Source: Hypanus sabinus
Taxonomy: Eukaryota
Assembly (NCBI RefSeq): GCF_030144855.1
Contig: NC_082717.1
Span: 47,182,001 to 47,246,000 of the forward strand
Reading direction: 5' to 3'
DNA: 64,000 nt
Shown piece by piece: positions 12,851 to 26,393 of the stretch (within the stretch, counting starts at the first letter, position 1; the number at the start of each line of letters is the position of its first letter). Both the position numbers and the translations under genes were made by a program. Under the pieces are notes generated by a model. It ran no database searches. It was given only the letters and a program-made list of their open reading frames with translations, and was not told where the DNA came from.

Positions 12851-13001
12851 TTAAAATGATACAACTTTAATTCATTTTAGTGGTGTCTTAGAAACTGCAA
12901 TACAGACATCTTACCTTCAACATTCAAACATTGGCAACACAATCTGTCAATAAGAAGATGTTCTCCTTTGTAAATCACCTCAGCAATTCCCATGTCTTTG
13001 T

Positions 13002-13305
13002 GAGCCACCACAGTAGTGTAGCAGTTGGCGCAACGCTATTACCACTTAGGCATTCTGGAGCTCAGAGTTCAATTCCGGTACCATTCTGTAAGCAGTCTTT
13101 GTATGTCCTCCCCATGGAATGCATAGGTTTTCTCCACTTCCTCCAGTTTCCTCCCGTAATCCAAAGGCATGCTGGGTAGGCCAGTTGGTCACTGTAAGTT
13201 GTCCCATGATTAGGTTAAAGTTAATCTGTTTTCTCAAGGGTTGCTGGGGTACCATGGCTCAAAGGGCCAGAAGGGCCTAATCTGTGCTGTAGTGCTAAAT
13301 AAGAT
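13002..13305 (+). mobile_element. tRNA-derived V-SINE (HE1-like)
   Basis: A-box-like TAGTGTAGCAGTTGG, B-box GAGTTCAATTCC, V-domain-like GGTTTTCTCC...CCAGTTTCCTCCC...TCCAAAG, CR1-like 3' tail. Confidence 0.75.
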
Positions 13306-16300
13306 AAAATATTATATTGTACTAACAAGACAGGAAAGGTAATTTGACTCAGCAGGTTTACATCAGATTATGTTTGACATTTCCCTCCTATGTACTTCAT
13401 CTAACCTGAACCACTTTATTAATTCTTTCCTCATGTCAGCTTTCCCTTTATGCCAGTTTCCTCAACAACTCTATGTGACTGCAAATTCGCTACTCTTTCT
13501 ATGTGAATGAATTCAAGTCTGTACTATAATATTGGCGCAAGGTATTTGTTTGAGGTTTGTTACTCTACATATACCATGTAAAAATATTTAACATCCATCA
13601 AATATGACGTTGGTAAATCACATCCTATCCACTATAAAGTAGGACTGATTAATAATATAACAGATACTTCAGAGAGCTCTACTTGAAATGCAAGCTGAGT
13701 AGAATTAATGATGTATCTATTCTAGTATTCTCATTTTACAATGTTGTTTTAATACATGTCCTGGATTGTATTCAAACAATAAGGATTACATCATCGGATA
13801 TATCATCAATGTTGATCTCATCATGTATGTACCAGTAAAAACAATTCCTATTACATCATTCACTATTGTGCAAGCTCACAAATATATGGGCTACATTCTC
13901 AATGCCTGTAAGAAAGTATATTCTTTAGGTAAGAGTACATGAATTTATAAGAAAGTCTGTGAAATATGCTGAAGGTAGCATAATTCACGGAAGAATTGTG
14001 AGAACAGATTGCTCCAAACAATAATCATCGTTGCTATATACAACTGCACAATAATCAATACTACAGATGTACTAATTGTACCATGTTTTTCAAATTAAAA
14101 CTTACCTCAAACGATCTATCATTCATTTTACAAAAGAATATTCTAGCTTACAAAATTATAACTGTAGGTGTTTTGAGTAAGTATTCTTTAAATGCCAGAA
14201 AAATATGTTTTTCCTTCCTTAAAATGCATTGATATTTGCTGTGCAATATTCTAGGAACATTCCAAATTATTTCTATTTAATTCTCTTTTGAAATGTGGAT
14301 ATTCTTAGCAAATTCTGCAATTTTAAAGAAAGCAGTCCTTAAATGCCTTCTTAAAAAGTACTAGCAAATGGTTCTCTTTAACCACGGCAATATTTCTAGT
14401 GAAGATATTCCTATAATGCTGTTAGGTAAAGAGAATTTGCAAACGGTGTTCCCAGGTGTCTGTTGCCCTTTCAGTAAGCTTGTGTGGTACTGTAAAGCTT
14501 TGATGAGTGCTGTAATGGATTTTGTTGATATGATATGCAACTGACTAGATCCAGTGTTGAACAAAATAATGCTCAGCATTATAGATTGGTGTCAATCAAA
14601 CCAGTTACTTTTTGAGTGTTGTGGAAGCTGCATGCATCCAGTTTATTCATCACAAAACAAACTTGTGACTTGCAGATAGTGTAAAGTCTTAGGAAAGTTG
14701 AGAGACAGGTCACTCACCACAGAATACAGCCTCTGTTCATGCAGCCACAGTATTTATGTGACTGTTCCTACCAGTTAAGGTTCTGATGAACCCAGGATGT
14801 TAATGCTGGGAATTCAAAGATGGCATTGCCAGGAAATGTCAAACATAGAACACAGAACATAGAAAATCTACAGCACACTACAGGCCGTTCGGCCAACAAT
14901 GTTGTGCCAACCATATTATCTACTCTAGAAGCTGCCTAGAATTTCAAAAGAAATTCATTTGTGAATACTGTACTTGTAATGTTTGATCCTTCCTTTATTC
15001 CAATATTTAAGTTTAGATATTATTTCAGCAGGAGGCATCGCTCAGTAAAGCACTCTGTTGCTTTCTACCTTAAGAAGTTTGCTTAAACTCTGGCATAACC
15101 AAGTACAATGTTTGCACTTGTTCAAAATGAGTGTCAACAAAGCAAAGGATCTTGAAACTCCAACTAAAATATTCAATTTGAGATAATATTTTGGGAATGG
15201 ACAATGAAATTAAACAAAAATAAAGCAAGTTAAAGTTAAAATGGAGAACACAAACACAAACTGTTCCAGCTGCTACCATCCAGAAAACGGTACCGCAGCA
15301 TGAAAGCCAGGACCAACAGGCTTCTTCCACTAGGCCATCAGACAGATTAATTCACGCTAATACAATTGTATTTCTGTGTTATATTGACTTTCCTGTTGTA
15401 CATACTATTTATTATAAATTACTATAAATTGCACATTTAGACGGAAACGTAACATAAAGATTTTTACTCCTCATGTATATGAAGAATGTAAGAATAAAAG
15501 TCAATTCAATTAGCAGTAGCATATGGTATTGGAAAACCATATAGATAGAACCACATCAATGAATATTTCTCGTCAGTATTTACCATGAAGAAGGACTTAG
15601 AAGCTATTGAGTTCAGGGAAGAGAACAGTGATATCCTGAGGAATATCAGCATCATGAAGAAGGAAGTGCCTATGTTCATGAAGCACATGAAGATGAATAA
15701 ATCCCAGACAAAGTTTTGCTTGATAGACTAGTACATAACATTGGAAAACATGGATAAGAAATGGACTTGGTTGTAGTGGCAGTGAGGAGTTGTTTTTTGG
15801 ATTGGATATATGTAACCAATGGAGTGTTACAGGGATCTATGCTGGGATATAAGTGAATCAAGCAAAATACTTGTTTTTATGCCAGATACCTTTATGACTC
15901 CAATTAGTTTGACAGCTAATATTCCACAAAAAATGCTAAGGAGCATGGTGAAATAAATGATTTTTCAGGTAAATAGACAATATAAAGAAATACTGAGTAA
16001 AACTGATCAAAAGAATCCTGAGTAGTGTCTATGCCTGGTGTAGTTAGACTACATCAGCAACAGAGGACAGTTTACAACACGAGTAAGACTGCCATTGTGC
16101 TAAACATGACAGGCTCTGTCACCTCAAATCTGGACATCCATGAAATACTGTAACTCACTGCATTACTTGGCCCAGTATATTTTGGTGTTAGGCAATGTTC
16201 AGTGGGGACTACAGAACAGAAAACCAGACAACCTTCAAGATGAGATGCCAGTATCACAATATTCCAATAATCAACTAAAAAGCAAAGCAGCATGGAATAG

Positions 16301-16989
16301 AAAGAGCCTGTGTGATCACATTCTCTAGAAATTAGATCAATGCTCAGCAATTCTAAATGAAGGTGGAAAATTAAATGGCTAATTGTTGTGCCTGCATTGC
16401 CACAAAATGACAAATTTCACAGCTTATGTCAGTGACAATAACCCTGATTTAATTATCTTTATCCTGAATGACAGTGGAGATCTGATCATTAGTGCCAAGG
16501 GAAAGGCTAAAGTACTTATAAACATCTTCATCCAGAAAAGCTAAGTATATGATGGATTTGCCTTTGCTTTCCTTCCATCAAAGAAGCAGACAGCCAATTC
16601 AGATTGTAATATCAAGAAAAGATAGATAGCACTGGATGCAAGATCTGACAACAACCTGCTGTAATGCTCAAAAACTTGCTGCATCTCTAGCCAAGCTCCA
16701 ATAATCAACAACATTTACCTAGCAAAGCAGAAAATTCCCTATTTTTCACAAATAGAACAAATTCCAATCTGGTCATTTATCAACCAATAGTTTATTTATT
16801 TAGTCGCCTATAATTAAGGCTCACATATATGGTGGAGTTAGTGAATCTAAACAATGGAGCTGGAATACTCTTAGCAATAGCATGCTAAAGTACAATGAGA
16901 CCATTGTCAAAACATTCTAACAATTTGGCAAAAAAATACTGATTTTGACAATTATTGATAGATTAAGTACCTTTTGATAAATATTGATG

Positions 16990-18462
16990 AGAATATCTAA
17001 GATGTTGACACACAGGAACTTGAAATACTCAGCAGTGAAAAGGATAAGCAGTTTCAAGTTCCTTGGTGTCAACATCTCTGAAAATCTGTCCTGGGCCCAA
17101 CATATTGAAGCAATTTCAAAGAAGGCACAAACGCAGCTGTATTTCATTAGAAGCTTCAGAAAACTTGATATGTCACCAAAGCCACTTGCAAATTTCTACA
17201 GATGTACCGCGGCGAGCATTCTAACTGGTTGCATCACCATCTGGTATGGAGGGGTTTCTGCATAAGATCAGAAAAAGCTCCAGGAAGTTCCTATCTCAGC
17301 CAACTCCATCATGGGCATAAGCCTCCCCATAGTTGAGGACATCTTCAAAAGGCAATGCGTTAAAAAGTCAGCATTATTCATTAAGGAACCCCATCACCCA
17401 GGACATGCCCTCTTCTCACTGCTACCATCAAGGAGGAGCTATAGGAGCCTGAAAATACACAATTAATATTTTAGGAATAGCTCCTTCCCTTTCACCATCG
17501 GATTTCTGATAAACAATAATCCACGCACACTATTTTTGCACTACTTATTTTATTTAATTATTCATGTATATAGTTAATGTGTCAATTGGGGCATGTCAGG
17601 ACCAGTATATTTTGGCCCAATTAAATGGCTGCCCTAATTAGTCGAAGTTCCATGGAAATAATTTAAAGGTACAAAAAGACAAACTGCCATTTAACTGAAT
17701 AACAATTTATGTATTTAAATGGAATACATAACACAAATAATACCTCTACAATATTATAAAATTGTGTATTAGTTCCTAAATTATTTGCCGCACAATTCAT
17801 CTGCCACGTTATTTTGATTGACATGAATGAACAAAATCAGTGCAGATAATACACCGCCTTCACACAATGCTTTAGATAATTGCATTCTCTAAATCTTCAT
17901 TGTCATTGTAACATTCAAGATGATTGTCAATACCTTCATAATTCCTAACTTGTTAAAGTTGTGTAACCATCTCATTTTCACTCCTAGCCATTTCTGGCAA
18001 TCCCAAGCCTATATGCTTGAAACCAGGGTAAGAAAAACTGTACCAAATCGTCTTACTACTATTTCTCATCAACCAGCAGTGACAAAAAAAAAAACTGATT
18101 TTTGAACACAAATACACACAACTGATACTGTTAAAAACTGATCTTTGGAACCACGTTGTATTATCTAATGATCATGCAAGTGCATGCAATTAATGCTAGT
18201 TAGAAAATGTTCAGCATCAGTCTTCTGCCCCAATTAAGCGGCATATTGTCCCAAATAAACAAAGGGAATCCCGGCTATTTTCTCAATTTAGATTTTGTTC
18301 TTTAAAAGTTGTCCCAAATAAATGGCTGCCCCAATTAACCAATGGCCTAATTAACCAGAATCCGCTGTATTTCTTGTTGGAATTTATAGTTTAAAAAAAA
18401 TATATACTGCTGCCACAAAACAATTTTCACAATATATGCCAGTGATATTACACCTGATTCTG
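16990..18462 (+). mobile_element. Rex1/Babar 3' fragment with a MITE inserted in its 3'UTR
   Basis: SFKFLGVNISENLSW...YRCTAASILTGCITIWYG; ends in CCTGATTCTGAT tail. Confidence 0.8.
17571..18367. mobile_element. Second copy of the TA-flanked MITE at 1035-1663
   Basis: Shares TTTTGGCCCAATTAA...CATGGAAATA left part and ...AATTAACCAGAATCCGCTG|TA right end. Confidence 0.75.
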
Positions 18463-18949
18463 ATGATGAGATTATGCTAACATACTCCTATTCTAAAATA
18501 ACTGCCTCTTCCAGAGCAAAGTCATCAAGTGGATCTCAAGATGATGTCATAGAAACAAAGAGCAATAACTGCAGATACAGATCCTTCAGCCCAAGATGTC
18601 CATGAAATTCACAGTACCCACCCAGCCAGTCCCAATTTCCAGTGTTCAGTCCATATTCCTAGTAAATAGTGTGACTGATGAATGGGTGTATGCTTTCAGA
18701 GTCCAGTTAATCGGAAATGACACATGTACCTATTCACATGCATGTTAAATGTTCCTGTTCCATAAACTCACCATCCTCTGCATGAAAAAGCTACCCCTCA
18801 AATCTTCCATAATACACCCTAAATCTCTGCTCTCCACTAATCTGAGAGTTACATCCACCTAATTAAAGTCTCCTATAATTTTATTCTTCTGTGTTCCAAG
18901 GAATAAAGATCTAGCATAGCTAAACTAACTCTATAATTCAGGCCTTCTA

Positions 18950-19835
18950 CAATCAGAATCAGGTTTATTATCACCAGCATGTGACATGAAATTTGTTAAC
19001 TTAGCAGCTGCAGTTCAATGCAATACATAACCTAGCAGAGAAAAATAAACAAAATAAAAAATAATAAGTAAATCAATTACAGTATACGTATATTGAATAT
19101 ATTAAAAATGTGCAAAAACAGAAATACTGTATATTTTTAAAAAGTGAGGTAGTGTCCAAAGATTCAATGTCCATTTAGGAATTGGACAGCAGAGGGGAAG
19201 AAGCTGTCCTGAATTGCTGAGTGTGTGCCTTAAGGCTTCTATACCTCCTACCTCATGATAACAGTGAGAAAAGGGCATGCTGGGTGCTGAAGGTCCTTAA
19301 TAGTGGAATTCTGAGAGACTGTTCCCTGAAGATATCCTGGGTACTTTGTAAGCTAGTACCCAAGATGGAGCTGACTAGATTTACAACCCTCTGCAGCTTC
19401 TTTTGGTCCTGTGCAGTAGCCCCTCCATACCAGACAGTGATGCAGCCTGTCAGAATATTCTCCATATAACATCTCTCGAAGTTTTTGAGTATATTTGTTG
19501 ACATACCAAATCTCTTCAAGCTCCTTATAAAGTATAGTCATTGTCTTTCCCTCTTTAGAACTACATCAATATGTTGGGACCAGGTTAGATCTTCAGACAT
19601 TTTGACACCCAGGAACTTGAAACTACTGACTCTCTCCACTTCTGATCCCTCTATGAGGATTGGTATGTGCTCCTTCATCTTACCCTTCCTGAAGTCCATA
19701 ATCACCTCCTTCGTCTTACTGACTTTGAGTGCAGGTTTTTGCTGCAGCAACAATCCACTAGTTGGTATATCTCACTCCTGTACGCCCTCTCGTCACCACC
19801 TGAGATTCTACCAATATTGGTTGTATTGTCAGCAA
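18950..19835 (-). mobile_element. Rex1/Babar 3' fragment
   Basis: KTKEVIMDFRK...VERVSSFKFLGV, ILTGCITVWYGG; CTGATT-repeat tail at 18951-18962. Confidence 0.85.
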
Positions 19836-20399
19836 ATTGGATAGGTACATGGAGCTCAGAAAAATAGAGGGCTATGGGTTACCCTAGGTAATTTCTAAGG
19901 TAAGGACATGTTCGGCACAGCTTTGTGGGCCGAAGGTCCTGTATTGTGCTGTAGGTTTTCTCACTATCTATGTTTTTATCAAATTTATAGATAGTACTTG
20001 AGCTTTGAGATCTAGTCCTGGCAATTTCTTCATTATTTTCCATACATTCTTTCCAGTTTAACCACACTTTTCCTGCAACACAGTGAACAACCTCACCATC
20101 AACTTACACAACTGTAACATACTGTCCCAGTTCCTATACTCATTGCTGAAGAAGATGAGCATTTTTATTTCCTGTTTTATAACCTTGTCTACTAGTAATA
20201 CTGCTTTCAATGAGCTATGCACTCACAGGTCAAAGGTTTCCCACTTTATTCCTCAAATGCTCTAACTCTATGGCGCCAGAGGTCATTTTAGCAGCAGACG
20301 ATACAACTGAAGACACTTCTCAGCTTTTGGAAATGTTCCACTTCTCAATCATTTTTCTTCCTCTCTAACTTCCCGAGTAACTCAGTAAAAGATGGAGGA

Positions 20400-21310
20400 G
20401 GGCGCATCTTGTGAGTCATTCGAATACGTAGAGCAATCATGACATGTGACAGCGTGCCCTTCACAACTTGCTCCAACCTCGAGCAATTTCTCTCAGACTG
20501 TGGAATGCCTCCCTTTGTGGCACAAACCGTGCAGCAGTTTCTTCAGCCTGAAAAGGAAGGCAGACAGCTTTTCTCCTTCTTCCTGGAGTGTGTGCCTAAA
20601 CTTCATCCAAAGATTGGCTGTCGTTTAAGCAATGCCAAAAGCATCTTCCAGAGCTTGCAGGTAATTAGCTGACATAGCTTATGGGTTTTCTGCCTTTAGG
20701 AACCTCACTGAATCAGTCAGCGAACCCTTTAAACTATCTACCAGCCTCTGTTTTATCATACTATCTGAGCACTGCCACTCATCTATTAATTGATATGTCA
20801 GCTCCATATGTTCTTCTTCCTGAATAGGTGTGGGCTTGATTCCAAAGAACACTTCCAGCCTACAATAACTTTGGCATTTATCAACTAATAACTGTATAGC
20901 CTAAACCAGCTCAGAATTTCCATCAACTGCTGAAGGACCCATTAGACCTTTCACATCAGACAATTCTTTCCCCTCACTTTGCAGAAACAAGAACAACTTG
21001 CCTTTAAAGTCTTCACCCTCAGCTAAATGTTCCCTTTCTCAAAAAATATGGAACGAGTATGACCCCACCTTTCCAGGGTCTCCCAACCTATCAGGCAACA
21101 CAACTTCAGTTACGTCACCACTAGTCTGGACTAACACACCATCCTTGCCAGCTGATTGGTCAAAATATTGTTCAATCACTGTAACTTTTCCCAAAGTTTT
21201 TACAGAACTCAGCAGTCTCAATAGCAGCTTATCAGGAATTCGGACATCCACACCACTCAGAACAGCAGCATTATTTGTGGATAACCACTTTGAACAGTAC
21301 CCACTCATTA
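20400..21310 (-). pseudogene. Decayed PNMA-like gag of a Ty3/Gypsy LTR retrotransposon
   Basis: Minus-strand frames read FKGKLFLFLQSEGKELSDV, YCRLEVFFGIKPTP, EWQCSDSMIKQRLVDSLKG, YLQALEDAFG, KFRHTLQEEGEKLSAFLFRL, which parallel PNMA/Ma-type capsid motifs; several stops and frameshifts. Confidence 0.8.
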
Positions 21311-21398
21311 ATCACTTTCCCTGACGTAAGTTTAAACACAGGCTTAAACACAGAAACCGCTTAATCAATCCTAAAACAGCATTCAAACAGCATCCAAA

Positions 21399-22050
21399 AT
21401 CCCAGACAAGCCTCCACAAACTGTAACCCTTTGAATGGGCTCGTATGCAAACTTGGCTTAATAGCTAACTTAACTAATTGTCACATGACTCAGCAGTGAG
21501 CAGCCCACCTTTCATAAATAATATTCATCTAGGATAGGTATGATTTGGGGTTTAACCAAACAGGAATGTCATGATATTCCGATTGAAGAAACCTGGATTT
21601 GAGCGAAGTCTGTTTCAATACTGCCCATACACAATTATCACAGCAAGAAATAGCAGATCGTATACCAAATAAAATCATAAAGAAAGTATATTTACCAGTT
21701 TCAGCTTTATCTAGCAGTTAATAGGAAAAAGAAAAGAACAGGACCCATTACAGTTAAATCACTCCACTGTGCACTTAACTATTGGAGCTCATACTGAAGT
21801 ATATGGGGGATGTATCTTTTAACACCCACTAGCTGTGTGAAAGGACCCGCCACATATTCTCTGTCTGTCTCTCTCTCACATTTCCTTTCCTCTTTGGATC
21901 AATTCGTCTGCACAAAGCAATTCCTGCAAAAGAAACCCAGCATCATTTTTCGGCATCTTCCCTCCTGATCTGCTCTGCAGCTCCCGCTAAAAGACACCAA
22001 ACCAGACTACCGTCCTTCAGAAAACTCTTACCCACAGCTCTGCAAAACAT
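21399..22050 (-). mobile_element. Primer-binding site (tRNA-Pro-like) and 5' LTR of the Gypsy element
   Basis: Minus strand ...GGTTACA (LTR end at 21422) then TGGAGGCTTGTCTGGGAT (21416-21399), 15/18 to the tRNA-Pro PBS TGGGGGCTCGTCCGGGAT; far LTR boundary uncertain. Confidence 0.65.
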
Positions 22051-22439
22051 TGTTGTATTACTATTGGATAATTAAATGAAATAATGCAATTTTTTAAAAT
22101 CAAGCTGGTTATTTTTACACTTATGGCACTATTGTAGAATCTTTGCAAAATAATAGTAACAAAACTCAAACACTTCAGTTGAAGAAAATGAACACTACCA
22201 CTGTGTTTGGAAAATGATTGTGTTTCATGTTACATTGGAAACAGCTTTGCACACTCACATACCATTCATCTTCTGACTTTGAAGCAGCTTGCTAGTCAAA
22301 ACAAGTGAGGCAACATATTTCCTTTGCATTTCTGAGGAGAGCTTTGTACACGCTGTACTGGGTGTGGGCTTCTTTGGACACTGTCACACAACATGCTGAC
22401 AACAATACTGAATAGGGAGGCCTCCAGATAAGTACCCCT

Positions 22440-25400
22440 ACATCAGAGTATGAATCAGAATCAGGTTTATTAACACGGGCATGTGTCATGAAATTTGTTA
22501 ACTTAGCAGCAGCAGTTCTATGTAATACATAATATAGAACAAGGAAAGAAAACAACAAATAAATCAATTACAGCATACATATGAAGAATAGGTTAAAATC
22601 ATTCAAAAACAGAAATAATATAACAGTGTTCATGAGATCAATGTCCGTTTAGGAATTGGATGGCAGAGGGAAGAAGCTGTTCCTGAATTGCTGAGTGTGT
22701 GCCTTCAGGCTTCTGTACCTTCTACCTGATCATAACAGTGAGAAAAAGGCATGCCCTGGATGCTGGAGGTCCTTAATAATGGACGCTGCCTTTCTGAGAC
22801 ACCACTCCCTGAAGATGTCCTGGGTACTTTGTAGGCTACTACCCAAGATGGAGCAGACTGAATTTACAACCTTCTGCAGCTTCTTTCAGTCCTGTGCAGT
22901 AGCCCAACCCCCCATACCAGACAGTGATGCAGCCTGTCAGAATGCATTCCACGGTACATCTATAGAGGTTTTTGAGTGTTTTTGTTGACATATCAAATCT
23001 CTTCAAACTCCTAATGAGGTATAGACACTGTCAATAGACAATAGACAATAGACAATAGGTGCAGAAGTAGACCATTTGGCCCCTCCAGTCTGCACTGCCA
23101 TTCTGAGATCATGGCTGATCATTCACTATCAATACCCAGTCCCTGCCTTGTCCCCATATCCCTTGATTCCCCTATCCATCAGATATCTATCCAGCTCCTT
23201 CTTGAAAGCATCCAGAGAATTGGCCTCCACCGTCTTCCGAGGCAGTGCATTCCACACCTCCACAACTCTCTGGGAGAAGAAGCTCTTCCTCAACTCTGTT
23301 TTAAATAACTGACCTCTTATTCTCAATCCATGCCCTCTGGTACTGGACTCTCCCAACATCTGGAACATATTTCCTGCCTCAATCCTATCAAATCCTTTAA
23401 TTATCTTAAACGTTTCAATCAGATCCCCTCTCAATCTCCTCAATTCCAGCGTGTACAAGCCCAATCTCTCCAATCTCTCTGCGTAAGACAGCCCTGCCAT
23501 CCCAGCCATCCCAGGAATCAACCTAGTGAATCTACGCTGCACTTCCTCAATTGCCAGAATGTCCTTCCTTAAACCTGGAGACCAAAACTGTACACAATAT
23601 TCCAGGTGTGGTCTCACCAGGGCCCTGTACAAATGCAAAAGAACATCCTTGCTCTTGTATTCAATTCCCCTTGTAACAAAGGCCAACATTCCATTTGCCC
23701 TCTTCACTGCCTGTTGCACTTGCTCATTCACCTTCATTGACTGGTGAACTAGGACTCCTAGGTCTCTTTGCATTTCTCCCTTACCTAACTCGACACCGTT
23801 CAGGCAATACTCTGCCCTCTTGTTCCTGCTTCCAAAATGGATAACTTCACATTTATTCACATTGAATGACATCTGCCAAGTATCTGCCCACTCACTCAGC
23901 CTATCCAAGTCTCCCTGTATTCTCCTAACGTCCTCTTCGCATGTCACACTGCCACCCAGTTTAGTATCGTCAGCAAACTTGCTGATACAGTTTTCAATGC
24001 CCTCATCTAAATCATTGACATAAATCGTAAAGAGCTGTGGTCCCAATACAGAGCCCTGTGGTACCCCACTAGTCACCTCCAGCCAGTCTGAGAAACACCC
24101 ATTCACTGCTACCCTTTGCTTTCTATCTGCCAACCAGTTTTCTATCCATGTTGAAACCCTGCCCCCAATGCCATGAGCTCTGATTTTACTCACCAATCTC
24201 CTATGTGGCACCTTATCGAATGCCTTCTGAAAATCTAGGTACACAACATCTACTGGCTTACCCTCGTCTAACATCCTTGTTACACCCTCAAAAAACTCCA
24301 ACAGATTAGTCAAGCATGATTTGCCCTTGGTAAATCCATGCTGGCTCGGCCTAATCCTATTTCTGCCATCTAGATGTGCCACTATTTCGTCCTTAATAAT
24401 GGACTCAAGCATCTTCCCCACGACTGACGTTAGGCTAACAGGGCAATAGTTCTCCGTTTTCTCCTTCCCTCCCTTCTTGAAAAGTGGGACAACATTAGCC
24501 ACTCTCCAATCTTCAGGAACTGATCCTGAATCTAAGGAACATTGGAAAATGATTACCAATGCATCCGCAATTTCCTGAGCCACCTCTTTTAGAACCCTCG
24601 GATGCAGACCATCTGGACCCGGGGATTTATTAGCCTTCAGTCCTACCAGTCTACTCATCACAGTTTCTTTCCTAATGTCAATCTGTCTCAATTCCTTTGA
24701 TATCTTATGACCTTGGCCCATCCATACATCTGGGAGATTGCTTGTGTCCTCCCTGGTGAAGACAGATCTAAAGAATGCATTAAATTCTGTTGCCATTTCC
24801 CTGTTTCCCATAACAATTTCTCCCAATTCATTCTTCAAGGGGCCAACATTGTTCTTAACTATCTTCTTTCTCTTCACATAACTAAAAAAGCTTTTGCTAT
24901 CCCCTTTTATATTCCTGGCTAGACTGAGCTCATACCTGATTTTTTCTCTCCGTATTGTTTTTTTTAGTTAAGATCTGCTGTTCCTTAAAACTTTCCCAAT
25001 CATCTGTATTCCCACTCATCTTAGCCCTGTCATACTTCTTTTTCTTTAATGCTATACAATCTCTGACTTCCTTTGTCAACCACTGTGGCCCCTTCCCCCT
25101 CTTTGAATCCTTCCTTCTCATTGGAATGAACTGCATTTGCATCTTTTGTATTATGCCCAAGAATATCTGCCACTGCTGATCCACTGTCTTTCCTGCCAGG
25201 GCATCCACCCATTTAACTTTGGCCAGCTCATCCCTCATGGCTCCATAGTCTCCTTTATTTAATTGCAACACTGACACCTCTGATCTGCCCCTATCCCTCT
25301 CAAATTGTAGATAAAAACTTATCATGTTATGATCACTACTTCCTAATGGCTCCTTTACTTCAAGATCACTTATCAATTCCTGTTCATTACACATCACCAA

Positions 25401-26295
25401 GTCCAAAATAGCCTCGTTCCTGGTTGGCTCAAGCACAAGCTGTTCCAAAAATACATCCCTTAGACACTCCACAAACTCCCTATCCTGGGGTCCAGCACCT
25501 ACCTGATTCTCCCAGTCCACCTGCATGTTGAAATCTCCCATAACGACTGCATTACCTTTAGCACATGCCAATGTTAACTCCCTAATCAACTTGTACCCAA
25601 TATCCACGCTACTGTTTGTCCTGCCTTCTTTATAGCTGCATTGATATGTTGGGACTAGGTTAAGTCCTTAAAGACCTCAACACCCAGGAACTTGAAATTG
25701 TTCACCCTCTCCACTTCTGATCCCTCTATGAGGATTGGTATGTGTTCCTTCGTCTTACCTTTCCTGAAGTCCACAATCAGCTCTTCCGTCTTACTGACAT
25801 TGAGTGCAAAATTGTTGCTGTGGCACTACTCCACTAGTTGGCATATCTCATTACCTTATACCCTCTCCATCTGAGATTCTCCCAACAATGGTTGTATCAT
25901 CATCAAATTTATAGATAGTATTTGAGCTATGCCTAGCCAGAGTCATGGGTATAGGGTGAGTTTTGCGGTGGGCTAAGCACACAGCCCTTAAGTACACCAG
26001 TATTAATCAGAAGCGAGGAGGAGATAATATCACAAATCCACACAGATCATGGTCTTCTGGTTAGAAAATTAAGGATCCAATTTCAGAGAGAGGTACAGAG
26101 ACCCAGGTTCTGTAACTTCTCAGTCAGGATTGTGAGAATGATATTGTTAAATGCTGAGCTATAGTCAATGAACAGCATCCTGACATAAGTATTTGTATTA
26201 TCCAGGTGGTCTAAGGCTGTGTGAAGAGCCATTGAGATTACGTCTGCTGTAGACCTATTGTGGCGATAGGCAAATTGCAGTTGGTCCAGGTCTTA
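22440..26295 (-). mobile_element. Rex1/Babar fragment split by a CR1 insertion
   Basis: 22440-23032 and 25617-26295 join to match the uninterrupted copy at 18950-19835. Confidence 0.85.
23033..25616 (-). mobile_element. Young 5'-truncated CR1 LINE with nearly intact ORF2
   Basis: ORFs 24930-25607 (EN end: MGDFN, LDLV, SDHN) and 23129-24877 (RT: YLDFQKAFDKVPH, GVPQGSVLGP, KFADD) separated by one frameshift in a homopolymer near 24960; (TCTATTG)n tail; possible TGTC target duplication. Confidence 0.95.
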
Positions 26296-26393
26296 ACCTG
26301 CTATTCCCCCCCACCCCACCCCCATTCCAACAGGCTGTCTATCCTGATCCTCCTCCTTTTGAAAGGCAAAGGATGATTTGGGTACAAACTCAA

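Noticed and set aside
21039-21308. Functional domesticated PNMA gene
   Set aside because: Multiple in-frame stops and frameshifts in the capsid region; LTR and PBS context indicates a dead retrotransposon
23129-24877. 582-aa ORF as a host gene or domesticated RT
   Set aside because: Typical CR1 ORF2 within a 5'-truncated element with a microsatellite tail, nested in another TE
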